Positions 18,201 through 28,199 of a stretch of DNA of 64,000 nucleotides are shown piece after piece. Each line of letters begins with the position of its first letter. Within the stretch, counting starts at the first letter, position 1. The translations under genes and the position numbers were made by a program. This DNA is from a virus. The notes beneath the pieces are model-generated. The model searched no databases. It had not been told where the DNA came from and was given only the letters and a program-made list of their open reading frames with translations. Location: the IMG/VR virus record IMGVR_UViG_3300045957_000047, positions 10,199 to 74,198 of that record; one strand, 5' to 3'.

Positions 18201-21200
18201 TCTCCAGGTTTTGCTTTTAAAGAACTGCTCTCGTTTGTTGGGGGATCGAGAGAAGTCTAATGCTGCCTGTGCCTGCCTCTGTGCGAAGTCTCGGAAGTCT
18301 TCGAGTGGAGAGTTTACGGAGCTGACAACCTCACTGCTGCCTACTACGATACGTTCTTGCACGGTGTTTCCAGAGCCATCTCGATAGACGATAGCATCAG
18401 GCTGAGGCCTGGCTGCCCGGACTCGTACAGGTTGGTCCAGTGCTCCTGACTCTCTACCCTGTCGGTTTGCCTCGGAGATCATGGCCATCAAGTCAGCATC
18501 CGATACTTTGTCAAACCATTGAGCAGGTAAGAATCGCTTCAGGTACTTCTTAAACTTGTTGACAATCTGCTTGAGGGTCTTGGCAATGCCTTTGTCTATA
18601 AAAGGACTTTGAGCAAGTTGAGCCAATACCTCATCAGTGAGTTCAATCTGAGAATCGCGATCACCACTCTGGGCTTGAGCAATCAGATTCTGGTAACGAG
18701 TTTCGAAGGTGTTGGTAGGCACATTTTCTCGTAGCAACTCAAGAAGCCCGGTAACACCTCCGCGTGTGCGGAACGTCCGTTGTAGCGTGAGATCGTAGTT
18801 GCCGCCCAGGGATCGTGACAAGCCTCGGTGGAAGAGTTCCTCTGTTAGAACATTACCCACCTCAAAAGCACTCTGAATCTGATCGGCTACCAGGTAGGCG
18901 ACATTGCCGTCTGTGAAACCAGATACAGGAATATCAGGCCTGATGTCAGAAGGTAGGTCACTGGTCGTTTGGACAATTACAACACCGTCCGTTGCTTTCT
19001 TGGGCCACGAGGCTGTGAAGTCGCGTAATGCCTGGTCTACGTCGGCTGTTGAAAACTGTTGGGGCGCAGGTAACCCGTTAAGATCCGCATCGGGGAGAGT
19101 ACGTGTTCCGTCCGGTATGGCCTGCGCCCCAACAGAGCGGGTTAGAACAGGACGAGCTGCCCGTGTTCGTGCTGGGTTGCCGGTATTATTGCCCCCGGCT
19201 TCAGGGGCGTCGAGCTTTTTTGCATTATCAATAGCTTTGAGGTAAGTAGCAACACCTTTGCGAATCGTATTCGCCTCTTTTTCAGTATACGGACCGTCCG
19301 GTTTTTCTTTTAGAATTTTCCGGTAATCCGTAACTGCTTGTAATTTAGAAATACGAGTACGTTTTTTTCTGGGTATCAGCGTAGCATCAGGGTCTTTGTT
19401 TTTACCTGTGTTAGCAAACGTTCGAAACCTCTTGACCGTGTCGGGATCACTGACGACAAACTGACCTTCACTATCTGTATCGGGTGTAAACAGTTCCTCA
19501 AGAGAAATGATGTTGTCTACAGTGGTCTCTTCCTCTTGCAACGGAGGGGCGTCAAAGTCTACTTCGCCTTGTATTTCCGACTCGATTTCTTCTTCGACTT
19601 GTTCTTGGACATTTTCTTCTTGCTGCGTTGAGGCATTAGGGATCTCGGCAAACGGGTTATAGACAGACGCTACTGTATCTTGAAACTCTCTAGGTGTCAT
19701 GTCCTCATTGATTTGAGCAGTCACTTGCTGAGAGAAACTTTGAGCATCTTCAAGAGACAGCCCAGAGTTTAAGGCCATCTGCTCCAGTTCGGAGCCTACA
19801 GATGTGCGGCGTCCCTGAGTCAAGGATGTGGCTTTCTCCAGATAGTCAGCAATGGCTTTCTTTTGAGGTGCTGCCAGTTGATCAAACTCTAAATCAAGCC
19901 TGAAACTATTGACAACACTGGCAGCAGCCGCTCTTCGACGTTGTGCAGGAGTGATCTCGGCAACATCCACCGCAGGGGAGGCACCCAATAAAGGCTTGAA
20001 CGCCGCCCGGATGGATTTGTTGAGGGGCACACTCTCGGGTCGGAACTCTGAAAACTGGTTATCCGCTTCCTGTTGAACTTGAGACAGCAAGTCAGAAGAG
20101 GCTTGCTCGCTAAGCTGTCTTTGGAACTCTATCTCTTGGGCTTGAGCCAGGTTACCCGAACGGACAGCCTCGCTCATCTGACTAAACAGCTCTGCATCTG
20201 TCTGCTGAGAACGAGCCTCTCTACTCTCTAAGGTCGCTTGTCGAGCCACCTGAGCAGACTCTCTACCCTGCTGTACCCTCTCTATCTCATCTCGGATGCT
20301 GTCAGCCAAAGCTTGTCGCTCTTGGGCTTGAGCCAGGTTACCCGAACGGACAGCCTCGGCCATACTCTGAGCTGCTTGCTCAAATTCCAGTTCCTGTTGT
20401 CTTTCTTGTTCTTGTCTTTGCTGGAGCCTTTCTTGTTCTTGTCGCGTCAACTCATCAGAAGCCAGTTGCTGATCCCTACGAGCATCCCTAAATGCTCTCT
20501 CTGAAATACGTGTTCGCAACTGCTCAGTTTGTTCTGCCTGAGTCAGAGGCCTATTAAAATCCAAAGGGTCAGGAGACTGAGGCTCAACTGGAGCGATGTC
20601 AGCACTGGGATTATCCGGGTTGTTGATATCCAGCTCTCTTGATATTCTGCTTTGCTCTCTTTCAGAGCGTACTCTTGCGATCTCAGAAATCAGACTGTTC
20701 TGCTCTTGGGCCAAGCGTTGTAGCCGAGCTTCCCCTCTGGATATAAGATCCTCTTCTGTGTCTCCCGCCTGGCTTCCAGGCAAAGACTGCAGTAAGTTCT
20801 GTTGTTGTTCCTGAGTTCGAGCCTGTGATAGTGCTTCTCTTTGAGCACCTATCTGATCAGCCAATCGAGCGTTGGAAGCGCCTTGCCGAGCATCTAAAGC
20901 AACACTGCCTGCACCCAATGCCCCTCCCAAACCGGCCCCCAAGGGAGCACCTACGGCCCCACTGGCCAAAGCCTGGCGTTGTGCTTCCTGGTTGGTTAAT
21001 ACCTGCCCTACGCTCAGATTGGGATTCTGCTGTGCGAATTGACCTAAAGCCTCACCACCACCTTCAACAAATTCTTGTGCAGCCTCGCCCGTGGCTGACA
21101 CTCCCACACGACCAGCTGCCTGCCCAATAGAGGGCGCTGACGATACAACGGGATTCGCACCCGGCTGGATACGGGCAGGCAATACTTGACCGGCCCTTCG

Positions 21201-22370
21201 ACCCAGGTTACCCAAGGCCTGTTCAGCCACCTGCCCACCCAGAGCACCCGTAAGACCGGCAATGGGTGCTGATATGGCCCCTGCTCCAGCCAGAATCCGG
21301 GCTTGTTCAGTGGTCAGATTTTCATCGACTCCTGAGCCCAAGCCAACCCCTATGGCAGGAGTTGCAGCTGCTGTCCCTTGGATAACACCACCTGTAGGAG
21401 CGGCACGGGTACCCAGGTTTGTCAGTGCCTGACCGGTTCCGGTAGCACCTGCCCGACCTGCCACAGACCCTGCCAAGCGAGCACCTGCACGGGCTGCTCC
21501 GGTGACAGCACCGCCACCCAATGCTGCCCCGGCTGTATTGGCCAAGAGATCTGCTGCGAAGTCTCCATCAGTTAATGTCAATGAGCCTACTTGTCGGGCA
21601 GCATCAAGGAGAGAAATTTTATCGGGATCGTTGTCAGCTAAGCCTGCCCGGCGAATAATTTCAGACGCTTGGAGACTTGCCGCCTCCGAGCCAATATCGG
21701 TAGGGGCTGCGCTTCGAATATCTGAGGCCAATCCGCCTAGTGATTGACCTAAATCTTCAGCCCCGGCGGCACTGGCTGCAATACCGGCAAGTCCTGGAAT
21801 CCCGGCAAGTCCGGTAGCGGCTGCTTTTTTTACACCGTCAAAGAAGGTATCGGCACTCGCTAAGTCTTGTCTTCGATCCGTAGGTACGCTGGTATAGGGT
21901 TGAGCATCGGGGTTTTGCTGTAAGAAATCAGCCTCCTCGGCTGCCAGCACCTGTTTAGCCTGCCGAATGATGTTTCTTTCGAACTCTGTATCTGGATCAC
22001 GCCCGGCTCTTGAGAGTCTTTGCAGCTCCTCATCGAGTTTGAAATCAATAGTTGCCCCCAAGTCACCGGATAACCTGGACAAGTAAGCTTCGTTGTTGTC
22101 CAGTCCCAGATCTGAGTAGATGGAGCTGACTCGTTCGACGGCTAACTGTTGGATTTGTTGCTGCTCAAGCGCCTGTTCATTGGCCTGCCTGATCTGAGAA
22201 GCACTGGGTTGATTGGCCTGTTGAAGTCTCAGGGCTTCGTTCTGTTGAGCAAGGGCCTCGGCAATATCATCCAAGCGTTGATCTTGCCGGATTTGCTGGA
22301 CGGTATTGTCGGTGGCTCCGAAGTCGATAAGTAGTTTGATCTGTTCTGTTGCGTCGTTCGCATTTGCCAT
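15246..22370 (-). CDS. giant internal virion / DNA-ejection protein (large polyvalent protein type)
   Basis: 2374 aa, last late gene; Gly/Ala-rich membrane-like region, degenerate zincin-like LTEELFHRGL, NYVPLRG, NFEQRG..FYAF C-terminal region; no Cys seen. Confidence 0.8.
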   Translation of the reverse strand: MANANDATEQIKLLIDFGATDNTVQQIRQDQRLDDIAEALAQQNEALRLQQANQPSASQIRQANEQALEQQQIQQLAVERVSSIYSDLGLDNNEAYLSRLSGDLGATIDFKLDEELQRLSRAGRDPDTEFERNIIRQAKQVLAAEEADFLQQNPDAQPYTSVPTDRRQDLASADTFFDGVKKAAATGLAGIPGLAGIAASAAGAEDLGQSLGGLASDIRSAAPTDIGSEAASLQASEIIRRAGLADNDPDKISLLDAARQVGSLTLTDGDFAADLLANTAGAALGGGAVTGAARAGARLAGSVAGRAGATGTGQALTNLGTRAAPTGGVIQGTAAATPAIGVGLGSGVDENLTTEQARILAGAGAISAPIAGLTGALGGQVAEQALGNLGRRAGQVLPARIQPGANPVVSSAPSIGQAAGRVGVSATGEAAQEFVEGGGEALGQFAQQNPNLSVGQVLTNQEAQRQALASGAVGAPLGAGLGGALGAGSVALDARQGASNARLADQIGAQREALSQARTQEQQQNLLQSLPGSQAGDTEEDLISRGEARLQRLAQEQNSLISEIARVRSEREQSRISRELDINNPDNPSADIAPVEPQSPDPLDFNRPLTQAEQTEQLRTRISERAFRDARRDQQLASDELTRQEQERLQQRQEQERQQELEFEQAAQSMAEAVRSGNLAQAQERQALADSIRDEIERVQQGRESAQVARQATLESREARSQQTDAELFSQMSEAVRSGNLAQAQEIEFQRQLSEQASSDLLSQVQQEADNQFSEFRPESVPLNKSIRAAFKPLLGASPAVDVAEITPAQRRRAAAASVVNSFRLDLEFDQLAAPQKKAIADYLEKATSLTQGRRTSVGSELEQMALNSGLSLEDAQSFSQQVTAQINEDMTPREFQDTVASVYNPFAEIPNASTQQEENVQEQVEEEIESEIQGEVDFDAPPLQEEETTVDNIISLEELFTPDTDSEGQFVVSDPDTVKRFRTFANTGKNKDPDATLIPRKKRTRISKLQAVTDYRKILKEKPDGPYTEKEANTIRKGVATYLKAIDNAKKLDAPEAGGNNTGNPARTRAARPVLTRSVGAQAIPDGTRTLPDADLNGLPAPQQFSTADVDQALRDFTASWPKKATDGVVIVQTTSDLPSDIRPDIPVSGFTDGNVAYLVADQIQSAFEVGNVLTEELFHRGLSRSLGGNYDLTLQRTFRTRGGVTGLLELLRENVPTNTFETRYQNLIAQAQSGDRDSQIELTDEVLAQLAQSPFIDKGIAKTLKQIVNKFKKYLKRFLPAQWFDKVSDADLMAMISEANRQGRESGALDQPVRVRAARPQPDAIVYRDGSGNTVQERIVVGSSEVVSSVNSPLEDFRDFAQRQAQAALDFSRSPNKREQFFKSKTWRAVQQAIADSKFTTQVVETLFRKRFDDNRIQAVVNEIQSNEQIPQELRDLITGHVEQLKSRFSVHSLGALYASRAEALAKNKDADMVVVGQDAQGNDMTFFEVMAELNSSVADLANALGVSIDAAKTSAGLYMTAKHAKERNETSFLLQVKLNDSALNSQRDALAENLTPQNMQDIRDIVYTHTDTQQRASWKGSGLTDAEADQVLSKFQGNDLQFYEAIAASSQKVVAASNTLRERQGAFSQSLKDRIAAYGWQNYVPLRGKGFNPDNEDEALSVFYGNDVFSSSFKAFEGRESLAQDVFGGLQQLAMGSLEQSTSGDYALALLTHMAANKASSEYRDGMADDGFGGDLFKGGIELFDTNSREFKRAMARRTKGTVIYYIPGQDQAIVGQLSTPEGADVITGVRNATADAVDRLFRETLTTSAGQGLGDFTSFIASLKTWRNPAFIPYDAIRNILTLGYNISVQEGGQGFRQYMNTFTEGGLNYGKDVSRFITLWQTNQFDRLAEVVASEGPGSTIAELNEFFKLGGPTSLVAALKDSQPNSFADLSQVNPGRGSATKRLQQLDQTFAVMNSVADTLSRFAYYKALQAQGQPKDVAAGLAKSVANFEQRGSITGPLSVFYAFARSAGVGTSALINSVLTGDYAGETLAITFGAGAGLYLMANMIAGYDEEEGIDELAKVEGKLYTTNFVMQFGDQKLQFGLGFGAPASAFSAGVQAMRYALGHQGLNNTFENMIAASEPTLNVSPFPVAGLFAADPTLALIGTALPSVTKPFYEVAVNLNGLGIPVYTDVVGAGQGDMTESFGVRYNSQQEMYDQITQHLSRNGYAEMNPDKLRHLMRSFGGSITYLVESAFENIKYATRDEDYAYNQKAGLYFARNFVASDFNQVSTDFYRHFNRMQELSQRVNALKQVGDTAGAQAIEQSDFYRQHKGSFERAQRQMVAINRRHRPQFINDNTTKAQKRNLQEVRDRERMQVYHLYLDQVRN
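20133..20358. repeat. 40-bp exact direct repeat (20133-20172, 20319-20358)
   Basis: ctcttgggcttgagccaggttacccgaacggacagcctcg twice; EAVRSGNLAQAQE. Confidence 0.9.
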
Positions 22371-23506
22371 TATGATCGCCGGTCTTGTAAGATAGGTCTC
22401 ACCGTGTCTCGGGTAAATGCTTGCAAAGCCAACTGTAGAGATTCAAGCTCAGCTTGCCGTAGTCGTCCATCAACACGCTCTTGTGCGTTACTGGTTTGTA
22501 TACGCTGGTTGATGTTAGCACGAGCTGTAGGAACTAAACTGGGCACCTCGGCAGATTGTCCCAACTGTGCCAGCGTAGCAATGTTTTGTTGAATGTTTGC
22601 CGGGTTCACAGAAGCCTGTGCTTGCTGAGCGAATTGGGAAGCCAGTGCCAGGTTATCGTCTACCTGCACAGGGACTTGTAGTTGGATCTGGTCGTTAAGT
22701 CTTCTCAGCTGTAACTGGTCTTGCATCAATTGACCTTGGGCAGCTGATTGAGCGATAACCGCTTGTTGGATCTGTTGGTTGAACGCATCAAGCTGTTGTT
22801 GTCTTTGAGCGTCAGAGGCAATCTGATTGGCTTGAGCGGTGCCTTGAACCTGAGCGGCCAGAGAACTTGGAGGCAGTCCAGCAGGCACGTTCAGAGACTG
22901 CAGTGCCTGGATTTGAGCCTGTTGATCACTGGCAGGCGGTGTGTTCACAAATTGTTGGGGTTGAGCCTGCTCAGCCAGTGCTTGCTGTTCTCTTTGAAAG
23001 GCAGCCTCTCGTTGCCGCGCCTCTATAAAACCCCGCGTCGCGGCATCTTGTGCTTGCTGATTCAGTTGTCTTTGAACAAACCCTTGAGGATCGATGAAAC
23101 TGAAAACATCGTTGGCCTCATCAACTATGTTTCGAGGAGCTTCAGTGGGTTGTTGGAAGCCTGCAAACTCATCAACCGGATTAATATTGTTGCGCTGTCC
23201 AAGAGGTTGGTTGATGTTTAGAGCCGATGGTTGCGGTTGTTGGAAGCCTGCAAACTCATCAACCGGATTGATATTGCCGGTACCATCAGCTTGCCATAAG
23301 AGACTGCGGGCATTCTCTACTCCACGTACTAAACCTTCTCGGGCTTGAACAATACGCAAAAGCCTCTGACCTTCAGCAACACCGTTCTGTCTCTGGTATT
23401 CCTCAAAGGCTTGCCGGGCCAGCTCTTGTTCTTGAGGATCTCCAGACGCTGCTAAGATAGACAGACTGCGAGAGATCTGTTTCTGCTCTTCGGTAAGTTC
23501 TGCCAT
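22370..23506 (-). CDS. putative internal virion (ejection) protein, Gln/Ala-rich
   Basis: 378 aa, TAATG-coupled, no Cys; internal repeat NINPVDEFAGFQQP. Confidence 0.75.
   Translation of the reverse strand: MAELTEEQKQISRSLSILAASGDPQEQELARQAFEEYQRQNGVAEGQRLLRIVQAREGLVRGVENARSLLWQADGTGNINPVDEFAGFQQPQPSALNINQPLGQRNNINPVDEFAGFQQPTEAPRNIVDEANDVFSFIDPQGFVQRQLNQQAQDAATRGFIEARQREAAFQREQQALAEQAQPQQFVNTPPASDQQAQIQALQSLNVPAGLPPSSLAAQVQGTAQANQIASDAQRQQQLDAFNQQIQQAVIAQSAAQGQLMQDQLQLRRLNDQIQLQVPVQVDDNLALASQFAQQAQASVNPANIQQNIATLAQLGQSAEVPSLVPTARANINQRIQTSNAQERVDGRLRQAELESLQLALQAFTRDTVRPILQDRRS
23148..23269. repeat. 35-bp exact direct repeat (23148-23182, 23235-23269)
   Basis: ggttgttggaagcctgcaaactcatcaaccggatt twice, 87 nt apart. 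Confidence 0.9.
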
Positions 23507-24213
23507 TAGTCAATAGTATAGGTAGGTAGGGTGGAGCGGGTAGGCGCTTGAATAGGCTTTCCAGCCGTACTGCCTACTGTAGGCGTTTGGTTTTGCTGAG
23601 CTTGTAGAGCCTGTTGGCTTTGCTGAGTCACCAATCGTTCCAACTCTTTGATTCTGTTCTGGTAATCTATCTCACGCTGTTGTTGGGCAGCCTCGGCTTG
23701 ATTGCCGAACTCTTGTGCAGTAGCGGATGCAGCTGTGCCTGCAAAGGTACCGGGAGCCAGTTGTGGATTGTTTAATGCCAGTGCTTGCTGGATCTGTAGA
23801 TTAGCCTGCTGTTGCAAATAGGGGTTGATTCCGAACCCCAGGCTGTTGATAGCCGGGTTGACTGTAGTGGCCAAGCCTTGTTGTGCTCCAAAGGCCGGGT
23901 TATTTATCGCTGCCGCAGAGACCAGAGGTGTGATGGCAGCACGTTGAGCCACTGCTTGAGTCAAAGCAAACGGATTACTGGTCGCTCCGGCAAAGTTGTC
24001 CAGCCGATCAAGAATGCTGGTACCTTGAGGCTGGTTCTGGAACCCTTGTCGGAACTCCAGGTTGTCAGACGTGTTGAGACCGGTGTTGAATGCATTGAGA
24101 ATGTCTACAAAAGACCGGGCTCGATTGCTGTCGGCAACGGCTGTATTGTTGAGCTGGTTAATGGCAGAATCTCTGCCAGTGCTGAAATCAAAAAGTCCTG
24201 GTAATACGGCCAC
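23506..24213 (-). CDS. putative internal virion protein
   Basis: 235 aa, Gln/Ala/Asn-rich, no Cys; GGAGG RBS, GTG start. Confidence 0.75.
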   Translation of the reverse strand: MAVLPGLFDFSTGRDSAINQLNNTAVADSNRARSFVDILNAFNTGLNTSDNLEFRQGFQNQPQGTSILDRLDNFAGATSNPFALTQAVAQRAAITPLVSAAAINNPAFGAQQGLATTVNPAINSLGFGINPYLQQQANLQIQQALALNNPQLAPGTFAGTAASATAQEFGNQAEAAQQQREIDYQNRIKELERLVTQQSQQALQAQQNQTPTVGSTAGKPIQAPTRSTLPTYTID

Positions 24214-24214
24214 G

Positions 24215-27200
24215 TTAGAAACCTCCTCCGGCGAAAGACAGACCTGTGCCTAATCCTACACCACCTTGCCCAAACCCACCCGTTGGAAATGGCGCTGGTT
24301 GATTGTTTTGAATAGCCCCTTGTACAGAGTTTCCGAGCAGACCAAAAGAACTGCCGACGGCATTCTCTGCATTGCCCTGCAACAAACGACTGTTGTCTAA
24401 TACATCCTGTCCATGGATAGCTTGGAGGTAGGACAAATGGTTTTTCTGTAGGAAGTTCTTGGCATACGACAGCATTTCGAAATTCATAGAGTAACTGGCT
24501 TCGTTGGCTTGCATTCCAAAAATCCCTTGATCCAGTCCATGACGAAATAGTCCTCGCATCTCTTGTGCTGCGCCCAGTCCATAACTACCAGCGAGCTGAT
24601 AGCTGTTTCGCCCTTCTCTCATCAGCTCAACGCCGACACCCATGGAACTGATTCCAGCTTTCAGGTGCTCCAAGCCGTTTAACGTCATGCGATTCTCGTA
24701 TTCCAGAGCCTGCTGCAGTTTCTGGTTACCCACCTCTGCTGCCCCTAATCCCATTTGGCTGGCTTGTACGGATGACCCTAAAGCCCCTTGGGTACGATCT
24801 CCGGCAATACGGTTCAGGTTGTGACCTGTCTGAGCAAACTGGTTACCCAATTGGCCGGCACCACTGGCAATAGAGGCGACCTGTGCGTTACTCGATTGAG
24901 CCTGTGCCAAGTAGAACTGACCGAGTTGCGACAATCTTAAGCCGACATCGAAAGCCTGCTGCATGACATCGACCCCTCGATCTTTATTACGCTGAGCATG
25001 CTCTGGCCAGAATCGACCGAGTTGTAACAGGTTCTGACTATCATCCAGAACGTTCTGTACCTGAGCGTTGAACTCACCAGATTCTCGCAATGCCAGCTCC
25101 GGCCAGAAGTGCCACAACTGAACAGTCTGTAACAGGTTATTGATTTGATTCTGTTGCATGTTGGCGGTTAGTCCACCTGAGTTCTGGAACGCATCAATGT
25201 ACACCCGGCCTCGTTCAACTGACTGATTCAACCGATCGAGGAGGGCCGCAGAGGAACTGCTTTCAGCCTGAGTTAGTTCCAAATGCCGGGTCAAAAGTCC
25301 ATCGACGACCTGTAGGCCACCTGATTGCTCCTCGACCATCCTGCGACGAAGGGCTTCGTTGGCTACAAAGCGCCATCTTTGAGAGGCTTCAAATGCGGCC
25401 CCTTCAGACCTGGCTCCCTGATTTTTCAATTGCATACTGGCGGCAAGGAGATGTCCTGACGCATACCGGGATGTACACCGTTCCAGCTCTTCTTGCGCAG
25501 CATCAATGCGATCTCTGACGTGAAGAGCCGCAGGCACCTCTAAGGCATAATCAAAAAGATCAGCCTCCTGAAACACTTTGTCCAGGTATGTCTGAGCATG
25601 CTGTATCCCGGACTCAACGACGGGCAGTACCGTAGCGGCCTGCTTGCCTAAGTCTTCAATGTTTCGTTCCAAGACTTGAAGAGGGTCCATACGGTCCCAG
25701 ACCTTTTCATGGTGCAGCAGGTTGTTGATGTCTGCCGGTAACCAGTTATGGTTATACACCTCGTGAAAGTCTCTGGACTTTTGCTCGAACCACTGCCCAA
25801 ATTTAGTCATGTCTTCGGCAGCAGTCTTACCGGTGAACACCAGCTCTTGGGTGGCCTCAACCTCCCGGCTTCTAAAATGGTCGTCATAAAGACTTCTGTC
25901 CGCATTGGACCACTTGTCAATTTTCTCTAACGACTTATTCAGCCCGTCCAAAAGAGTGCATGCATGCCTAAAATGTTGCATGACCAGGTCACATTCTGAG
26001 TCTCGGTAGATACGTTCAAAAAAATCCTGGTCTTTAACCGCTTGATTCTTGAACCACTCGAAACATCGACCAACTTCCGGGGCCAGATTTTCTGCCTGTT
26101 GAAAAAGGGCAGGGTTCAGAGTCGCCTGCGGATCTCCGTAGCAGCTTTTGAAGATACTCTCGACATGTCGGGTGTTGTCTTCGAACCAACGTACTCGGTC
26201 AGCAATCTTCGGGATCAGCTCTGCAGCAGAGGCCATGGCAGCACGGGCTTGTGGCCCTTCTGAAGATCCGTAGTATTCTCGGTATGTGCTGTCGTCACAC
26301 TGAGCCTTCTGGTGTAACCAGTCACGAAGCTCGCACACGCGGCTGACCATGCACTCAGTCATATTCATCAGCAGAGGAATCATGGACGCTTCCCCAGGCA
26401 GGTGGTGCTGATCAACGTGGTTGTATACACGCTGGGTTTTATCCCTGACCTCTTGTCGCCAGCCGTTGAGATTGTTGGCAGCACAGTTGGCACTGTCAAC
26501 GAAGGCGTTGTAATCCTTTTTGATTGACGGCAGTACGGTTTCTTGCAAGGTGTCGTCGAGGTTCCTTGCCCAGCTCATGGTGTACTCGGAGGTGAACTTG
26601 CCGTTGTCGAGCATCGTGTGTAGCCGGTCAGCCAAGTGTGGAGCTTCTTGGTGCTGGATACCTCTCCAAAGCTGGTAGTACGCATCAAACTCATCGGTTG
26701 CAACTTGACAAGCGTATTGCCCTCGACAGTTGATCATACCAATACGGTCGTTGTGTCCCTCCAGTAACGCAGTCTCGCACTGCTTAACCAAGCCAGGAGA
26801 GTCTTCAGTACCGATCAACGCATCAGAACAGGCTGCCATCAAATTGAAGTTATCGTTCGATGTACAGATCCTGTCCAGGTTCTTGTCTAAGAGCTTATTG
26901 TACAAGTCCAGAGACTCAATCAGGCCATAGATAGCCAACGGAATCTGAGCTTGGTACACCCTCTGCTGCAAACATTTGGCTTTTTTCTCTGTCTTCCACC
27001 AGTCTTCCCAGAGCATGTAGTATTGCTCTTGAGGTGTCTTGCCTTTCAGCTCCAGGTGGGTGACGTTATCGCAGGTGATGTAATCGATTAAGTCACTGAC
27101 CCCCAGAAAGTTCAGAGCTGTGTCGATAAACCCTTCTTTGGGTACCGCATCACTGGCCTCAGCACCATCCCAAGCAGGACAGTATGCGCCCAGTGCGGTG

Positions 27201-28195
27201 AAAGCCCCCCGAGGGAGGATGCCGTCAATGACCAGTTTCCTGCGCATCGAGATCTGCAGAGGGTGGAAGGCGTCGTCCCCGGCGGGGCAGAACAACGTAC
27301 TGCCATCAGCATTGATCGCTCTGTTGGTGGAGTTAATCTGGGTAGGATTGCTTACCGTGTGAGCGGCTACAACAGTACTGTCATTGGTCAAGGCCAGAGT
27401 AGGGAAGCAGAAAAAGTCATCCCCAGCACCATCAGCACCTATCGGTAACGTAGCGTCAGGTTGAGGCAAGACAGTAACATTGCCTTCGTCATCCTCCTCG
27501 TAAGTAATCGTCCCACAAGAATACAAGCGACCGCCTACCTCCGCACGAATAGAGCCTCCAGCAGGTGTGATAAACGGATCATTAAGCTCTGCCAAGCGGT
27601 CTTCGTTATCAGTAATCCATTGTATGAAGCTTTTTGAATCCACCCCTCCCCACGCAAAAGCGTAAGCGTATCCAGGCATACAGAATATGGGATTACCAAA
27701 ATCAGAAACCAGTGGAATGTAGTGTTCTCGGTAAGGCTGGCCAGGTGTGCGCGGTGGGCACGTCGCGTTCGGGTCACCGGTGACAACACAAAGGTTATTG
27801 TTTTCGTCAAAAATGACAGTAGATGCTGTCGGGTCTGCATTGGCGACAATCTTTGTACAGGTGTCCCCGCTGGCATAAGTGATAAAATCAGTGACCTGAC
27901 CGTCGTCACAGGTGGTACGCTCTGTTGTATCTCCCGCTTCGGGGGTGTCTACCAGAGTCTCAGTCTGACAACAAACGGGTTGGTTGTTTATCGACGCCAA
28001 AGCCTCTTGCTCTTCTTCACTCGCTCCACACAAGGGAGTTTGTGCAATGTTCTGAAGAGCCTGACCTTGGCAAGCAGCCAAAGCTTCCATAGCTGCTGTC
28101 TGAGCTTCTATCGCTTCGGTAGTCGCATCTACTGACTTGGTGACAGGATCAGCCAGATCCGGTTTGAGGTTACTAACTGTAGTGCTGCCACCCAT
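24215..28195 (-). CDS. large virion protein with a Cys-rich N-terminal half and 44-aa and 32-aa helical repeats
   Basis: 1326 aa, MGGSTT start, periodic aromatic motifs, Gly-rich C-terminus. Confidence 0.75.
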   Translation of the reverse strand: MGGSTTVSNLKPDLADPVTKSVDATTEAIEAQTAAMEALAACQGQALQNIAQTPLCGASEEEQEALASINNQPVCCQTETLVDTPEAGDTTERTTCDDGQVTDFITYASGDTCTKIVANADPTASTVIFDENNNLCVVTGDPNATCPPRTPGQPYREHYIPLVSDFGNPIFCMPGYAYAFAWGGVDSKSFIQWITDNEDRLAELNDPFITPAGGSIRAEVGGRLYSCGTITYEEDDEGNVTVLPQPDATLPIGADGAGDDFFCFPTLALTNDSTVVAAHTVSNPTQINSTNRAINADGSTLFCPAGDDAFHPLQISMRRKLVIDGILPRGAFTALGAYCPAWDGAEASDAVPKEGFIDTALNFLGVSDLIDYITCDNVTHLELKGKTPQEQYYMLWEDWWKTEKKAKCLQQRVYQAQIPLAIYGLIESLDLYNKLLDKNLDRICTSNDNFNLMAACSDALIGTEDSPGLVKQCETALLEGHNDRIGMINCRGQYACQVATDEFDAYYQLWRGIQHQEAPHLADRLHTMLDNGKFTSEYTMSWARNLDDTLQETVLPSIKKDYNAFVDSANCAANNLNGWRQEVRDKTQRVYNHVDQHHLPGEASMIPLLMNMTECMVSRVCELRDWLHQKAQCDDSTYREYYGSSEGPQARAAMASAAELIPKIADRVRWFEDNTRHVESIFKSCYGDPQATLNPALFQQAENLAPEVGRCFEWFKNQAVKDQDFFERIYRDSECDLVMQHFRHACTLLDGLNKSLEKIDKWSNADRSLYDDHFRSREVEATQELVFTGKTAAEDMTKFGQWFEQKSRDFHEVYNHNWLPADINNLLHHEKVWDRMDPLQVLERNIEDLGKQAATVLPVVESGIQHAQTYLDKVFQEADLFDYALEVPAALHVRDRIDAAQEELERCTSRYASGHLLAASMQLKNQGARSEGAAFEASQRWRFVANEALRRRMVEEQSGGLQVVDGLLTRHLELTQAESSSSAALLDRLNQSVERGRVYIDAFQNSGGLTANMQQNQINNLLQTVQLWHFWPELALRESGEFNAQVQNVLDDSQNLLQLGRFWPEHAQRNKDRGVDVMQQAFDVGLRLSQLGQFYLAQAQSSNAQVASIASGAGQLGNQFAQTGHNLNRIAGDRTQGALGSSVQASQMGLGAAEVGNQKLQQALEYENRMTLNGLEHLKAGISSMGVGVELMREGRNSYQLAGSYGLGAAQEMRGLFRHGLDQGIFGMQANEASYSMNFEMLSYAKNFLQKNHLSYLQAIHGQDVLDNSRLLQGNAENAVGSSFGLLGNSVQGAIQNNQPAPFPTGGFGQGGVGLGTGLSFAGGGF

Positions 28196-28199
28196 GTGA

